A stretch of 64,000 bases of DNA from Patescibacteria group bacterium (GCA_024239035.1 JANBVK010000001.1:42262-106261); one strand, 5' to 3'. Positions 40,679 through 51,148 are shown, numbered from the stretch's first letter. Notes: generated from the sequence alone by a model not told the origin. Numbers and translations: made by a program.

Positions 40679-41806
40679 ATGCTCGCAATTTACCGAAAAT
40701 ACAGACCCGTCACATTTGAAAGCCTCCTGGGGCAGGACTTAGTCGTAAAAATCTTAAAAGAAGCAGCAAGATCCGACAGACTAGCCCATGCTTATCTCTT
40801 AGCCGGGCCTCGCGGCACCGGTAAAACTACGACCGCCCGGCTTATCGCCAAAATTGCCAATTGCGAAACCAGGAGTACCGACAAAACCTTCAAACAAAAA
40901 GGCGAACCCTGCAACAACTGCAATTCATGCAATACCATAAACGACGGCAGAGCGCTTGACGTTATTGAAATTGACGCCGCATCCAACAGGGGCATCGATG
41001 AGATCAGAAATCTTAAAGAAAGCGTCCGCGTCTCACCCGCCTCTTTGCGCTATAAAGTTTTTATTATTGACGAAGCGCACATGTTAACTAAAGACGCCTT
41101 TAACGCGCTCTTGAAAACCCTTGAAGAACCGCCGCCGTACGTCATTCTCATTCTGGCGACAACGGAAGCGGAAAAAATCCCCGCCACCATTTCCTCGCGA
41201 ACCCAGCAATTCTACTTTAAAAAAGTTTCCGTAAACCAAATTGTAAATAAACTAAAAGACATCATTGCCAAAGAGAAAATAAAAATCTCCGGCGAAGCGC
41301 TGGAGTTAATTGCCGCCTCAGCCGAAGGCAGCTTCCGGGATGCTGAATCTCTCTTGGACCAGTTGGTTTCTTTTAGCTTGCCCGTCGGCAATCAGGGCGG
41401 CTCGGAAATCAATCTAACCGACGTTGAGAAAACACTCGGCAAGGTTGGTTTTGACAAGCTCTCAGAATTTAGCGGGTTCTTATTAAACAGTAACTTGGAA
41501 AAAGCCCTTGAATCAATATCACAAATTGAAGATCACGGGTTTAACCTTGCTCAATTTACCAAGGACTTAATTCAATATCTCCGCCGCGCAGCCGTCCTAA
41601 AATACAATCCTGATATGAAAGATATGTTTAAAAGCGAACTTATGGAAGAACACTTGAATAAACTTATAAACCACTCTAAACTCTTCAATGAAAATCACTT
41701 AGACCTCTTAAAAGGCCTTATCAACGCATATTCTCAAATGCGCTACAGCCAATTCCCAATCATCCCTCTAGAAGTAGCGATTGTTGAGAGTTTAAAAGAC
41801 AAATAA
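40679..41806 (+). CDS. dnaX: DNA polymerase III subunit gamma/tau (short form)
   Basis: AYLLAGPRGTGKTTTARLIAK Walker A; CNNCNSCNTINDG zinc module; FIIDEAHMLT Walker B; SRTQQF sensor. Confidence 0.85.
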   Translation: MLAIYRKYRPVTFESLLGQDLVVKILKEAARSDRLAHAYLLAGPRGTGKTTTARLIAKIANCETRSTDKTFKQKGEPCNNCNSCNTINDGRALDVIEIDAASNRGIDEIRNLKESVRVSPASLRYKVFIIDEAHMLTKDAFNALLKTLEEPPPYVILILATTEAEKIPATISSRTQQFYFKKVSVNQIVNKLKDIIAKEKIKISGEALELIAASAEGSFRDAESLLDQLVSFSLPVGNQGGSEINLTDVEKTLGKVGFDKLSEFSGFLLNSNLEKALESISQIEDHGFNLAQFTKDLIQYLRRAAVLKYNPDMKDMFKSELMEEHLNKLINHSKLFNENHLDLLKGLINAYSQMRYSQFPIIPLEVAIVESLKDK

Positions 41807-41845
41807 AAAAAATCAGCAACCGAATGGGTTACTGATTTTTTTATA

Positions 41846-42325
41846 CTACCTAGTCACTGCTATACTCTCACTCAACTCTGCCGACGTCGCTCTCACCGTA
41901 ATTCTCCCCGTCGTTGCATCCCTAATGACTTCGTAGCCAGTGTCGTAGTCGGTATTACTTGTGTAATGCGCTGCTGTATCACTCGGGTCAAACGGCATGG
42001 TTGAAATGTAGGTCGGAACTACACACGGAGCAATATCATAACCACCACTTGAAGCCATCGTTGTTGATGCAGTTGGAATCACCCCGGCAGCACAACCCGT
42101 CTCAAATAGACCTTGGTTATCCGCCATCCTCTGACCAATGGAATTTAAAATAGTGTTCACATTACTCCAACGCTGGGTGTTCCGGGCCTGGGCAAACTGA
42201 CGAGCGGGGTTAAGAGCGACGATAACCACTCCGGCTAAAATGGCAATGATGCCAATCACTACCAAAAGCTCAATTAGGGTAAATCCGCCATCACCGCCTC
42301 TAATTTGCAGTTTTTTCTTGGTCAT
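41846..42325 (-). CDS. type IV pilin (prepilin with class III signal)
   Basis: GFTLIELLVVIGIIAILAGVV prepilin N-terminus. Confidence 0.7.
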   Translation of the reverse strand: MTKKKLQIRGGDGGFTLIELLVVIGIIAILAGVVIVALNPARQFAQARNTQRWSNVNTILNSIGQRMADNQGLFETGCAAGVIPTASTTMASSGGYDIAPCVVPTYISTMPFDPSDTAAHYTSNTDYDTGYEVIRDATTGRITVRATSAELSESIAVTR

Positions 42326-42481
42326 TCTGTTTATTTTCTAATTTAAAAATTCGACCTTGTTTTAATAATGCTAACACATCTCTACTTTTTGGGTTATCCA
42401 CATGCCGATTTTCCCCAAGAACGAAGTGATTGGCTGAAAAATCGAGCATCCCGAGAAGCAAAGCGACGAGGGACAGCAAAA

Positions 42482-42892
42482 CTAAAACGCAACCACCTCC
42501 TCCAACAACACCGTCTCCAGTGTGTAATCATCAATTGTTAGCCGCAAATTCGTCGTCCGGTTACTAACTGAGGCGGTGGACTTAATAATAATCTGATTAC
42601 TTATGGTCTCAATCGGCAGCACACGACAAGAATAACTTCCAACACTTACCGTTTCATCACCGTTGTAGGGCCCGGTCGCAATCTGCAATCTGGCATACTC
42701 CAGACATCCCTCCCCTACTTTCCTTGAAATATCCTTCATCTCCAATGCCTGGCTGTCAAAACGCCCCAAAAAATTACTATTGCTAAAAATAATAGCAATA
42801 ATCATAACGATGGCTGTAATAATAATAGCCGAAACTACGGCAACGTAGCCGCCTTCTGAATTTTTTGCTTTGTCTTGTGTTGGTATTCGCAT
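42482..42892 (-). CDS. minor pilin-like membrane protein, hypothetical
   Basis: N-terminal hydrophobic helix; lies inside the pilus gene cluster. Confidence 0.4.
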   Translation of the reverse strand: MRIPTQDKAKNSEGGYVAVVSAIIITAIVMIIAIIFSNSNFLGRFDSQALEMKDISRKVGEGCLEYARLQIATGPYNGDETVSVGSYSCRVLPIETISNQIIIKSTASVSNRTTNLRLTIDDYTLETVLLEEVVAF

Positions 42893-42904
42893 TTTCTAGG
42901 GATC

Positions 42905-43426
42905 CTATCTCAGAACGTAAAAAAGTGTCTCAACAGAAACAAGATAAGGGAAAATCTCACTCTGGAGACTTAAAGAAATTTTCAACGTTGACGTTGCCTC
43001 ACTGCTGGAGAAATGTTCAACCTCAAACTTGGTTACTTTAATTCTGTTATTTGTAATAGGTGCCGCCGGTTCACCGCCCAGTGAAAGCAGGAGTTCACCG
43101 GTAGAGAGAGAAAGAACTGCTGGATCAATGTTTCCCTGTCTTTCTTTTAATTCCAACTGGGTTGAAGAACTACCTGCTGGCGGAGCCGTAACGCTCGCCG
43201 CCTGACTAACAAGCCACTCCAGCTTACCGTCAATAAATTCCCTGTTTACAACCACCTCCCCCCGCTCAACAAGCGTATCAGTTGTGCTAAAAATACTGCT
43301 AATAAAGGAAAATGCCGCTCCTAAAAACATGGCGAGGATAAGGGAATAAATTAAAACCTCAATAAGCGTAAAACCGCCTTCGGTTTTTAGTTCGTTGTTT
43401 TTAGTTTGTTGTTTCTTTAATTTCAT
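42905..43426 (-). CDS. pseudopilin/minor pilin
   Basis: GGFTLIEVLIYSLILAMF prepilin N-terminus. Confidence 0.6.
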   Translation of the reverse strand: MKLKKQQTKNNELKTEGGFTLIEVLIYSLILAMFLGAAFSFISSIFSTTDTLVERGEVVVNREFIDGKLEWLVSQAASVTAPPAGSSSTQLELKERQGNIDPAVLSLSTGELLLSLGGEPAAPITNNRIKVTKFEVEHFSSSEATSTLKISLSLQSEIFPYLVSVETLFYVLR

Positions 43427-43454
43427 CTAAAACCTAAAAGCTAACACCTATCAC

Positions 43455-44909
43455 CTACGGTGAAGACGTAATAATTCTCAAAGCATCATTACTCCTGACT
43501 GAGATGTAAACCAGGTTACTTTCATAATCAATGCCGGTTGCGACCTGCGGAAAATTAAGATGAGAATGAAGTGTTGGATTTGTCGGGTCGGAAACATTAA
43601 TTACTTGAAACTCACGATTACCGTTTGAAGTGGCAAGAAATGCAAGATGATTACGGGTTGTCATATCATTTATAACATTGCCAACGTTAATAAATCCTAG
43701 ATTTGTCATGTTTGCCGGGTCAGTTGTATTAACGGTATAAAAATCCTGGCCGGGAGCTATAAGCGTAAGCGAAGAACGGATGTTAAAAACACTCGCTACG
43801 TCTCCGGAAAACGTCTGTCCCAAAAAAGTAATTGCCGCAGGGTTGGAAACATCTAAAACCATAAGGCCTGCTCCGCCCTTATCAGTTGCAAGATAAGCTC
43901 TTCCGTCACGCACATGAATGTCATTCACATTATCGTTTATCTCATACGAACCCAACGTGGAAGGGGTTGAGGGTTGGGAGACGTCAACTATGAAAAACTC
44001 CGAACCGTCTGAATCTTCTTGAGTTCCGACGTAGACTTTGGAGTCCAGGTAAAATACTGTATTCCCCACAGTATCATCCTCCGTAGTTCCCGGGAGTCGG
44101 TATGAAACAATTAGCGCTGGATTATTGATATCACGCACATCAATAATTTGGAGCTGAGCCGTTCCTTCATTATTGGCAACATAAGCATAGTCTCCCGACA
44201 CATCTATCGCATTTAGGGTCGGACTGGTATTTAAACTTGACGCAATAAAAGGATTTTCTCCGTCAGTTGCATCAACTATCCAAAAATCCGGTTTCGCTGC
44301 CGCAGAAGCAGCGGCAGATATGTAGACAATTTTATTCAAAACATCAAGGTCTGTCGCCTCATTACCTGGACCAAGATCAACCGAACCAAGCGTCTGAGGA
44401 TTCTGCCAATTCCCGGATACACCCCCTCCCCCGGTGTCTCCTGGATCCCCTCCTCCCGGCGGAGCGTTCTGCCAGTCAGTCAAAAGCGTGACCAGTTCAA
44501 CTTTCTGTTCTCTTTGGGGGTCAGTCTGCCAGGTAACCCTGCTCTCTATTCTCTTTGTATCACTACTCTCACTCACAACAATAACCTTTCGGGTTAACAC
44601 TCCGATTACGTCGGACGTGCCGCTAAACTGCCATTTACCTCCCGAAAAAGTTAAGCCGTGTTCTCCATCAGTAAGCCCGTCCCAGTCAAGATCACGAATA
44701 GTCCGAGCGGCTTCAAACCCTTCTTTAGCTAACACTCTCGCTTGAACAGCATTATCCCGGTCAATGAGAATTTTCTGGCCGCCAAAAACTAAAATCACGG
44801 CAAAACTCACGCTAAGCGCAATCAAAGCCAAACCAATCAAAATATCAACCAATGTTTGGCCTGCCTCACCTCGCTTATCACCAGGAAATTGTCCCATGTT
44901 CATTAACAT
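43455..44909 (-). CDS. large pilin-like protein with C-terminal beta-propeller/LVIVD-like repeats (pilus tip adhesin candidate)
   Basis: GQTLVDILIGLALIALSVSF prepilin-like N-terminus; Gly-rich linker; repeated ...YVANNEG..L.IIDV.. blades. Confidence 0.55.
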   Translation of the reverse strand: MLMNMGQFPGDKRGEAGQTLVDILIGLALIALSVSFAVILVFGGQKILIDRDNAVQARVLAKEGFEAARTIRDLDWDGLTDGEHGLTFSGGKWQFSGTSDVIGVLTRKVIVVSESSDTKRIESRVTWQTDPQREQKVELVTLLTDWQNAPPGGGDPGDTGGGGVSGNWQNPQTLGSVDLGPGNEATDLDVLNKIVYISAAASAAAKPDFWIVDATDGENPFIASSLNTSPTLNAIDVSGDYAYVANNEGTAQLQIIDVRDINNPALIVSYRLPGTTEDDTVGNTVFYLDSKVYVGTQEDSDGSEFFIVDVSQPSTPSTLGSYEINDNVNDIHVRDGRAYLATDKGGAGLMVLDVSNPAAITFLGQTFSGDVASVFNIRSSLTLIAPGQDFYTVNTTDPANMTNLGFINVGNVINDMTTRNHLAFLATSNGNREFQVINVSDPTNPTLHSHLNFPQVATGIDYESNLVYISVRSNDALRIITSSP

Positions 44910-45408
44910 TCATTGTTTGAGCATTAACGTTATTGGTTAAAACAATTGTCGTCGTCACGTTAGGCAGCCCCGAAATCTGCGAAAAAACAATCTCATCAAG
45001 CCCGGAAACCCCAATCAAAGGAGCTCTGAAATAATCTTCGTCAAAAGCGGGGTCCCGACCGGCGAAAGACAACCCTTGGAAAAGAACGAAACGGTCACTC
45101 TCCAGCGAAACGCCGCGGCTAATCTCGCGATCGTTGGCGGCGGCTAAACTCCGGGCTCTGCGCAGAATGCTCAAAAGATTTTTCGTCTCAGAAGTTAAAA
45201 CGTAGCTCCGGTAACCGTCCATGCTAATGGGTAAACCAATACTAAACAAAAGTCCCAACAACCCTAAAACGATTAGAACCTCAATGAGAGTGAATCCTGC
45301 CCTCATACTAAAATCTAAGTCCCTGTGTAACTTTATAAATGGGGGTGATGATCGAAATTGCCACAAACCCCACCAAGAGTCCCATAAATAGTAAAAGTAA
45401 GGGTTCAA
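44878..45408 (-). CDS. pseudopilin (GspH/FimT-like)
   Basis: GFTLIEVLIVLGLLGLLFSIG prepilin N-terminus. Confidence 0.6.
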   Translation of the reverse strand: MNPYFYYLWDSWWGLWQFRSSPPFIKLHRDLDFSMRAGFTLIEVLIVLGLLGLLFSIGLPISMDGYRSYVLTSETKNLLSILRRARSLAAANDREISRGVSLESDRFVLFQGLSFAGRDPAFDEDYFRAPLIGVSGLDEIVFSQISGLPNVTTTIVLTNNVNAQTMNVNEHGTISW

Positions 45409-46387
45409 GAATGGTGGTAAAATTCTTCACAATTTCCTCAATCTCACTTTCATAGTATTCGGAAAGATAAAGCAGGTTCTGTTCCAGGTTACCGGTACTT
45501 TCCCCGACCTCAATCATCCCCACTAGCATCGGTGGAAAGAACTTCGGTTTTTGAGCCAAATATCGAGCTATCTCTTCTCCTTTTTTCACCCGTTCAATCA
45601 TCTGATCAATTAGATAACGGTAGTAAAGATTATGAACGGTTCCCCGAGTAGCTGTGAGAGCATCAATAATGGTCATACCGCTTTTTAAGAGAATGCCCAA
45701 AGATCGGCTGAAATTAACCATCGTAACGTCAATAATAATTCCTGAAATAAAGGGGAAAGAAAGCAAAGCTCTGTCAAATACAAAATGTATTTTTTTAACG
45801 GTCAGCAAAACCTGAATTAAAATAACAAAAGCGATGACACCGCCGAGAATTACAAAACCGTAACTGCTCAAAAGCGTCAGAACTTTAATGAGAAGTTGGG
45901 TAGTAAAAGGGAGCTCAACGTTCAAACTGACGAATATCGGCAAAATCTTGGGAAAAATAAAAAGCGTTAGAAAAAGAGTAACACCTAAAGTGGCAAAGAG
46001 AATGACCGCCGGATAAATAAGCGCCGACCGAATTTGATGATTGATTTCTTTTTGTTTCTTTAATTCCTGGGAAAGATGAAGAAGCGTAGAGGAAAGAGTG
46101 CCGCTCTTCTCTCCCACCCGCACCATATTGACAAAAAAACCACTGAAGAGATAACTAAAATTCTCCAAGCTTTGAGCTAAGGACTGGCCGCTGTTTACAT
46201 TATCCGTAATGGTATCAATAACTTTCGCAAACCGTTTAGCCCGCGTCTGACGACGAATAAGGCGCAGCGCCTCAATAATAGGCAAACCGCTTTTTATGGT
46301 TACCGACAAGTGGCGGGCGAAATTTATTCTTTCCTGGAGAGAAGCTGGTTTAAAAATCTTAAGAAAAAAATTCCGCAATTTATTCAT
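45308..46387 (-). CDS. pilC: type IV pilus assembly platform protein PilC (GspF family)
   Basis: Two GspF-like repeats; 3 TM; typical length. Confidence 0.85.
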   Translation of the reverse strand: MNKLRNFFLKIFKPASLQERINFARHLSVTIKSGLPIIEALRLIRRQTRAKRFAKVIDTITDNVNSGQSLAQSLENFSYLFSGFFVNMVRVGEKSGTLSSTLLHLSQELKKQKEINHQIRSALIYPAVILFATLGVTLFLTLFIFPKILPIFVSLNVELPFTTQLLIKVLTLLSSYGFVILGGVIAFVILIQVLLTVKKIHFVFDRALLSFPFISGIIIDVTMVNFSRSLGILLKSGMTIIDALTATRGTVHNLYYRYLIDQMIERVKKGEEIARYLAQKPKFFPPMLVGMIEVGESTGNLEQNLLYLSEYYESEIEEIVKNFTTILEPLLLLFMGLLVGFVAISIITPIYKVTQGLRF

Positions 46388-47606
46388 AGATTATCCGCAC
46401 CACCTCCTCAATGGTAGTAATCCCTTTCTGCGCTTTATCAAAACCGTCCTCAACCATAGTTTTCATACCATTTCTAACTGCCGCCTCCTTGATGTGTGAC
46501 GCATCGGCGCGGCTTACGATAAGATTGCGGATATCCTCATTCACTTCCAAAACTTCGTGAACGCCAATTCTGCTTTTGTAACCGCTTCCGTCACATTCCT
46601 TACAACCAGGACCAATTGTATACACCTTCTTGGTTTGAGAACTGTCTGCTGCAAAACCCAAACTCTTAATCTCGGGAATACTTAAAGAACGTTCCTTTCG
46701 ACAAGCCGTACACGCCATCCTCACAAGGCGTTGAGCTATAACGACGTTCAAGGTTGAGGCAGCTAAAAATGGCGGCACTCCCATGTCGGTCAAACGCGGA
46801 AAGGTGGTGGCGGCATCGTTAGTGTGAAGGGTTGAGAGCATAATATGGCCTGTAAGCGCCGCATTTACCGCAATGTTCGCGGTCTCGGAATCCCTGATCT
46901 CTCCTACCATAATAATATTTGGGTCCTGGCGGAGAATTGACCGGAGTCCATTTGCGAAAGTGAGCCCGGCTGAGACGTTAACTGGTATCTGGGTAATTCC
47001 TTCAATTGAATATTCAATCGGGTCCTCGATGGTTATAATGGAAACCTTACGGTCATTTAACTTCTTGATAACTGTATACAGAGTAGTTGTTTTCCCGGAA
47101 CCGGTCGGTCCATTAGCTAAGATCATTCCGTAGGGCTTATAAATTGCTTTGGTTAAAGACTTCATTTGCTCCTTGGTAAACCCTAAATCTTCCAGCGTGA
47201 ACTTCTGGGAAGTTTCGGCTAGAATCCTCATAACCGTGTTCTCCCCGTAAAAAGTGGGGGCAATGGAAACCCTGATATCAACCTCTCCCGACTTCTCTAT
47301 TTTCGCCTTAAACCTGCCGTCCTGAGGAAGGTGATGAATGTCGGTTTTCAAACCTGAGAGAACCTTCACCCGACTTACTATTTCCGATTGGAGCTCTTTA
47401 GAAAAGGAAAAAGCGTCTTTAAGAATTCCGTCAACCCGAAACCGAATAACTACCTTTTCCTCGGCCGGTTCAATGTGAATGTCGGAGGCTCGGGAGCTGT
47501 AAGCGTACTCAACAAAGAGGTCAACAATATCAATAATAGAGACCTCCCCCGCTGAAGCGGTAAGCTGCTTCTCAATTAACGGTTTTAAGGATTTAATATC
47601 ACGCAT
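46380..47606 (-). CDS. pilB: type IV pilus ATPase (GspE/PilB family) with tetracysteine motif
   Basis: GPTGSGKTTTLY Walker A; IMVGEIRD; LSTLHTND; CTAC...CKEC zinc motif. Confidence 0.8.
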   Translation of the reverse strand: MRDIKSLKPLIEKQLTASAGEVSIIDIVDLFVEYAYSSRASDIHIEPAEEKVVIRFRVDGILKDAFSFSKELQSEIVSRVKVLSGLKTDIHHLPQDGRFKAKIEKSGEVDIRVSIAPTFYGENTVMRILAETSQKFTLEDLGFTKEQMKSLTKAIYKPYGMILANGPTGSGKTTTLYTVIKKLNDRKVSIITIEDPIEYSIEGITQIPVNVSAGLTFANGLRSILRQDPNIIMVGEIRDSETANIAVNAALTGHIMLSTLHTNDAATTFPRLTDMGVPPFLAASTLNVVIAQRLVRMACTACRKERSLSIPEIKSLGFAADSSQTKKVYTIGPGCKECDGSGYKSRIGVHEVLEVNEDIRNLIVSRADASHIKEAAVRNGMKTMVEDGFDKAQKGITTIEEVVRIIYE

Positions 47607-47639
47607 TGGTTTGATTATATCATTTTCATTTCTATTTTT

Positions 47640-48611
47640 TTACTCTTCTAGCCCTTTTACGAGTAAATCTTGAACCTTTTTTATTGCTTCATCGTCATAT
47701 AAAGATATTGTGTAAACCGCCGGAGTAATCTTTTTCATCTTCTTCACAATTTTCTCAACCTCTTTTTTGTCGGCAATTAAGTCTGTTTTACTTAACAGTA
47801 TGATTTCTTTTTTCTCTAAAAGTTTTGAGTCGAAACTTTCTAACTCTTTTCTAATTGTTCTATAAGCTTTTACCATGTCTTCATTTTCTAAAGATATTAA
47901 ATGTACCAGTATTTTCGTGCGCCGCACGTGCCGTAAAAACTTATGTCCCAATCCCTTACCTTTAGCGGCACCCTCTATAAGTCCGGGTATGTCGGAGATA
48001 ATATACCCGTAAAACTCACCCAAGTTAGGTTCTAACGTTGTAAAGGGATAAGCGCCAACCTTTCCCTTGGCGCGCGTTAGGGTATTTAACAAACTGGTCT
48101 TACCCGCGTTAGGCAACCCGATAAAGCCTATGTCGGCTATCAACTCTACCTCTATAAAAAATTCTTCTTCATCCCCCGGTCTGCCAAGGGTAAATTCTTT
48201 AGGCGCTCGGTTAGTAGAACTTTTAAAAGATTCGTTCCCCCTGCCGCCTTTTCCGCCCGTTAATATTAAAACTCTATCCCCTTCTTTTTTAAAAGAAAAT
48301 TTCTCCCCGCTCTGAGTGTTAGTAATTATCGATCCCGTAGGCAGCAATATATCCAGGTCTTTGCCGTCAGCGCCGTGTAAGCTGTTTTTTCCACCATCTT
48401 TCCCGTTGTCGGCTCTAAACTCTTTTTTAGTGCGGTACTTAGAAAGTAAGTGAATGTCGCGGACGGCAACGGCGTAAACATTTCCACCTTTCCCCCCGTC
48501 ACCGCCGGAGGGTCCGCCAAACTCCCGGTTTTTTTCGTGCCGAAAGCGCCGAACGCCGTTGCCTCCAGACCCCGCAGCCACATCTATTATTATCTCATCT
48601 ACAAAAGCCAT
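47640..48611 (-). CDS. obg: GTPase Obg
   Basis: FVDEIIIDVAAGSGGNGVRRFRHEK Obg fold N-terminus; GLPNAGKTSL G1 motif. Confidence 0.9.
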   Translation of the reverse strand: MAFVDEIIIDVAAGSGGNGVRRFRHEKNREFGGPSGGDGGKGGNVYAVAVRDIHLLSKYRTKKEFRADNGKDGGKNSLHGADGKDLDILLPTGSIITNTQSGEKFSFKKEGDRVLILTGGKGGRGNESFKSSTNRAPKEFTLGRPGDEEEFFIEVELIADIGFIGLPNAGKTSLLNTLTRAKGKVGAYPFTTLEPNLGEFYGYIISDIPGLIEGAAKGKGLGHKFLRHVRRTKILVHLISLENEDMVKAYRTIRKELESFDSKLLEKKEIILLSKTDLIADKKEVEKIVKKMKKITPAVYTISLYDDEAIKKVQDLLVKGLEE

Positions 48612-48623
48612 TTTTTTAACACC

Positions 48624-49190
48624 TTAGAGTTTATTATACCTAAAACACCCCACCTCATGATCATTCACCATCCCTATCGTTTGCATAATAGCGTAGATAA
48701 TCGTGGAACCGACGAAGTTCATTCCGCGGCGTTTGAGATCTTTGCTTATATTATCCGACAGTTCTGTGCGCGCAGGCAGATCGGACATACGTTTCCATTT
48801 GTTTTTTATCGGTTTGCCATTCACAAACCCCCATATATATTTATCAAACGATCCAAACTCTTTCTGTATTTCTATAAACACCTTCGCGTTCCTCACGGCC
48901 GAGGCGATCTTTAATCTGTTACGCACAATCCCCTTATCTTGCAGTAATTTTCGTGTTTTCTTCGCATCGTACTTCGCGATTTTTTTCACATCAAAATTAT
49001 CAAACGCTTTTCGGTAATTCTCACGCTTGTTCAAGATAGTTCTCCACGAAAGCCCCGCTTGCGCGCCATCTAGGATAAGTATCTCAAACAAATGGCGGTC
49101 ATCGTGGACGGGAACACCCCATTCCTTATCATGATACTCCGTCATGAGCGTATCACTCCCATCCAACCACCGGCATCGAAGGAGACTCAT
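48624..49190 (-). CDS. tag: DNA-3-methyladenine glycosylase I
   Basis: MSLLRCRWLDGSDTLMTEYHDKEWGVP matches Tag N-terminus (RCGW...YHDNEWGVP); start trimmed accordingly. Confidence 0.8.
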   Translation of the reverse strand: MSLLRCRWLDGSDTLMTEYHDKEWGVPVHDDRHLFEILILDGAQAGLSWRTILNKRENYRKAFDNFDVKKIAKYDAKKTRKLLQDKGIVRNRLKIASAVRNAKVFIEIQKEFGSFDKYIWGFVNGKPIKNKWKRMSDLPARTELSDNISKDLKRRGMNFVGSTIIYAIMQTIGMVNDHEVGCFRYNKL

Positions 49191-49194
49191 CAGC

Positions 49195-49656
49195 TTACTT
49201 TCTCTCAATGTAGAACTTCTTTTGAAGATAATTCTCAATGACTTCAAAACTTGGAAAATAGCGGGGTTGAGGAAGATTATTTAAATCAAACCATTTCCAT
49301 TCAATGATTTCATCCGGCTCCGTAACAGAAGCCTCCCCTTCCCACTCATGAGCAACAAGTCCGACGGTCATAAAATGGGCATGCTCATTTTTACAATTAT
49401 GAACTGATATCACTTGAGGATTTTTAATTGTAATACTTGTCTCTTCTTTGACTTCGCGAATTGCTCCTTCTTCAAGGGACTCATTCCATTCAAGCTTGCC
49501 TCCTGGGATACACCATTCTCCTGAGCTTCTGAATTCGGAATCAGCTTTATCCGGATCAGGATGTCTCATACCAAGAAGAAGCTTCCCTTCTTTTTCAAGA
49601 ATGACTCCGAAACCTGCTCCTACCCTCTTTTTCTTTTCTGGTATAGGGTCTTGCAT
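49195..49656 (-). CDS. NUDIX hydrolase
   Basis: GGKLEWNESLEEGAIREVKEETSI Nudix box. Confidence 0.75.
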   Translation of the reverse strand: MQDPIPEKKKRVGAGFGVILEKEGKLLLGMRHPDPDKADSEFRSSGEWCIPGGKLEWNESLEEGAIREVKEETSITIKNPQVISVHNCKNEHAHFMTVGLVAHEWEGEASVTEPDEIIEWKWFDLNNLPQPRYFPSFEVIENYLQKKFYIERK

Positions 49657-49718
49657 TATCTTCCATTTTATTAGTATTATACGGCTAGTACAAACCCCAA
49701 CTGTTACAGGAGGATCTT

Positions 49719-50003
49719 ATGTCGTCTCTGAGCGCAGTAGCAAATCGGTTCATGGCATTATGGCAAGGGATTTTCCGTCGCGCAAGCATTGAGGTGATTT
49801 TCCTGAAAATCCTACTGGCACTTACGATTTTAGGTGAATACTTTGTAATCCGAGGGGGAGATCCAAATCAGTTTATTCTTGGATTCAGGACAAACATATT
49901 ATTTTTGGCTGGTGTAGCTCTTTTCGTGATTGCAGTTTGGCGTATCTCCTATATCAAGCATCGCAAGCAGAACCGGCGGGACTGTATGCTAGATTTCTTC
50001 TGA
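49719..50003 (+). CDS. small membrane protein, hypothetical
   Basis: 94 aa with 2 TM. Confidence 0.3.
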   Translation: MSSLSAVANRFMALWQGIFRRASIEVIFLKILLALTILGEYFVIRGGDPNQFILGFRTNILFLAGVALFVIAVWRISYIKHRKQNRRDCMLDFF

Positions 50004-50223
50004 GAAAGAGATCACAGCATGTAACAGTGGTGGTCGATAAAGCTAATTAAAGACCTGTGAGTAGCGAAAGCGAAAGCAGGTCTTTCTGTTTTTTAAACCC
50101 GCCTTGGTCTTCCGATACTATGTATTGAAGTGCTGCCCCTCCGGAACGCTTGCCCGCCCGAAAGTTTACTGAAAGAGGGATATTGGGATTATTTTAGCAC
50201 CAAAAGGGAAACATAGATAAATT

Positions 50224-51147
50224 ATGTGGGTTTGCTACTATGCATACATGAATCAAAAAGGTTCTATAACATTGATCATAGTGGTGATTATTGCCGTTGT
50301 GGCTACAGGTGGTGTTTATTTTGCATTGAAAGGAAAACAACAAACAGCACCAAAAGATATTAGCACTAACAAAAAAGGGAGCGTTACCGTAGCAGGAAAC
50401 TCTGCGGTAACGCCGGAGATTCCTAAAAACGTGATAGAAAAGTATCAGGAATTAGAAAAAATATACGAACAATCTCTGGGTGCTACTTTATCATACTGTA
50501 CAAAAGGAAGTGAATCTATTTATGACGTAAGTGGAAATGGTGGATTTTCTGCAGTTTCGTTCTATTTTGATACCAATGGAAATCAATTAGCGGAATACAG
50601 ACGAGGTGATGTTATTATCCCTGGAAAAGAATTGCCAAAACCACCAATAAATATATTAGAATATGAGTGCACGGTGCTCAAAGAGTCGAAGAGTGGCGAC
50701 ATAAATATTCCAACCGAGGAAGAAAATATCCCTGAGGGTACGGTTGTAATCCGCGCTGGGGAAACTGAATCGGTTAACATAGGCACGGGTGACCAACTGA
50801 CAGTGCCGGTTGTAGTTGATGCGTCTGATATAGGCAATTTAAGTGTTGCCAGTGTGGATATTACGTTAAAGTGGAATCCTTCCGTTTTACGTTTTGTGTC
50901 TACCTCGCAGGGCGAGTTTGGTTCATTAACTATAAACGATAGTGAAACAGGAAACGGAGTAATTCGAGCGGTCACTTTCAACGCGGAAGGCACAACTCAG
51001 TCTTTCACAATGTTTGAAGTAAAATTCCAAGCCGAAAGCTCTGGTATGACAAATTTGGACGTGACGGTTAATGTTGTAGGCGATGAGTTTGGTATCAATA
51101 TTACAAGCGCAGCATCGTCCAGAGATTTGAGCGTGGTAGTGAATTAG
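50224..51147 (+). CDS. membrane-anchored surface protein with C-terminal cohesin-like beta-sandwich domain
   Basis: N-terminal TM (ITLIIVVIIAVVATGGVYFAL); C-terminal VVVDASDIGNLSVASVDITLKWNPSVLRFVSTSQGEF resembles cohesin type modules. Confidence 0.5.
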   Translation: MWVCYYAYMNQKGSITLIIVVIIAVVATGGVYFALKGKQQTAPKDISTNKKGSVTVAGNSAVTPEIPKNVIEKYQELEKIYEQSLGATLSYCTKGSESIYDVSGNGGFSAVSFYFDTNGNQLAEYRRGDVIIPGKELPKPPINILEYECTVLKESKSGDINIPTEEENIPEGTVVIRAGETESVNIGTGDQLTVPVVVDASDIGNLSVASVDITLKWNPSVLRFVSTSQGEFGSLTINDSETGNGVIRAVTFNAEGTTQSFTMFEVKFQAESSGMTNLDVTVNVVGDEFGINITSAASSRDLSVVVN

Positions 51148-51148
51148 T

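Noticed and set aside
50138-50148. 11-nt match gaagtgctgcc to the tRNA-Gln flank, as a possible distal att site of the island
   Set aside because: The match spans the non-tRNA flank plus only 5 nt of tRNA. It is short and could be chance. Not used to define island boundaries.
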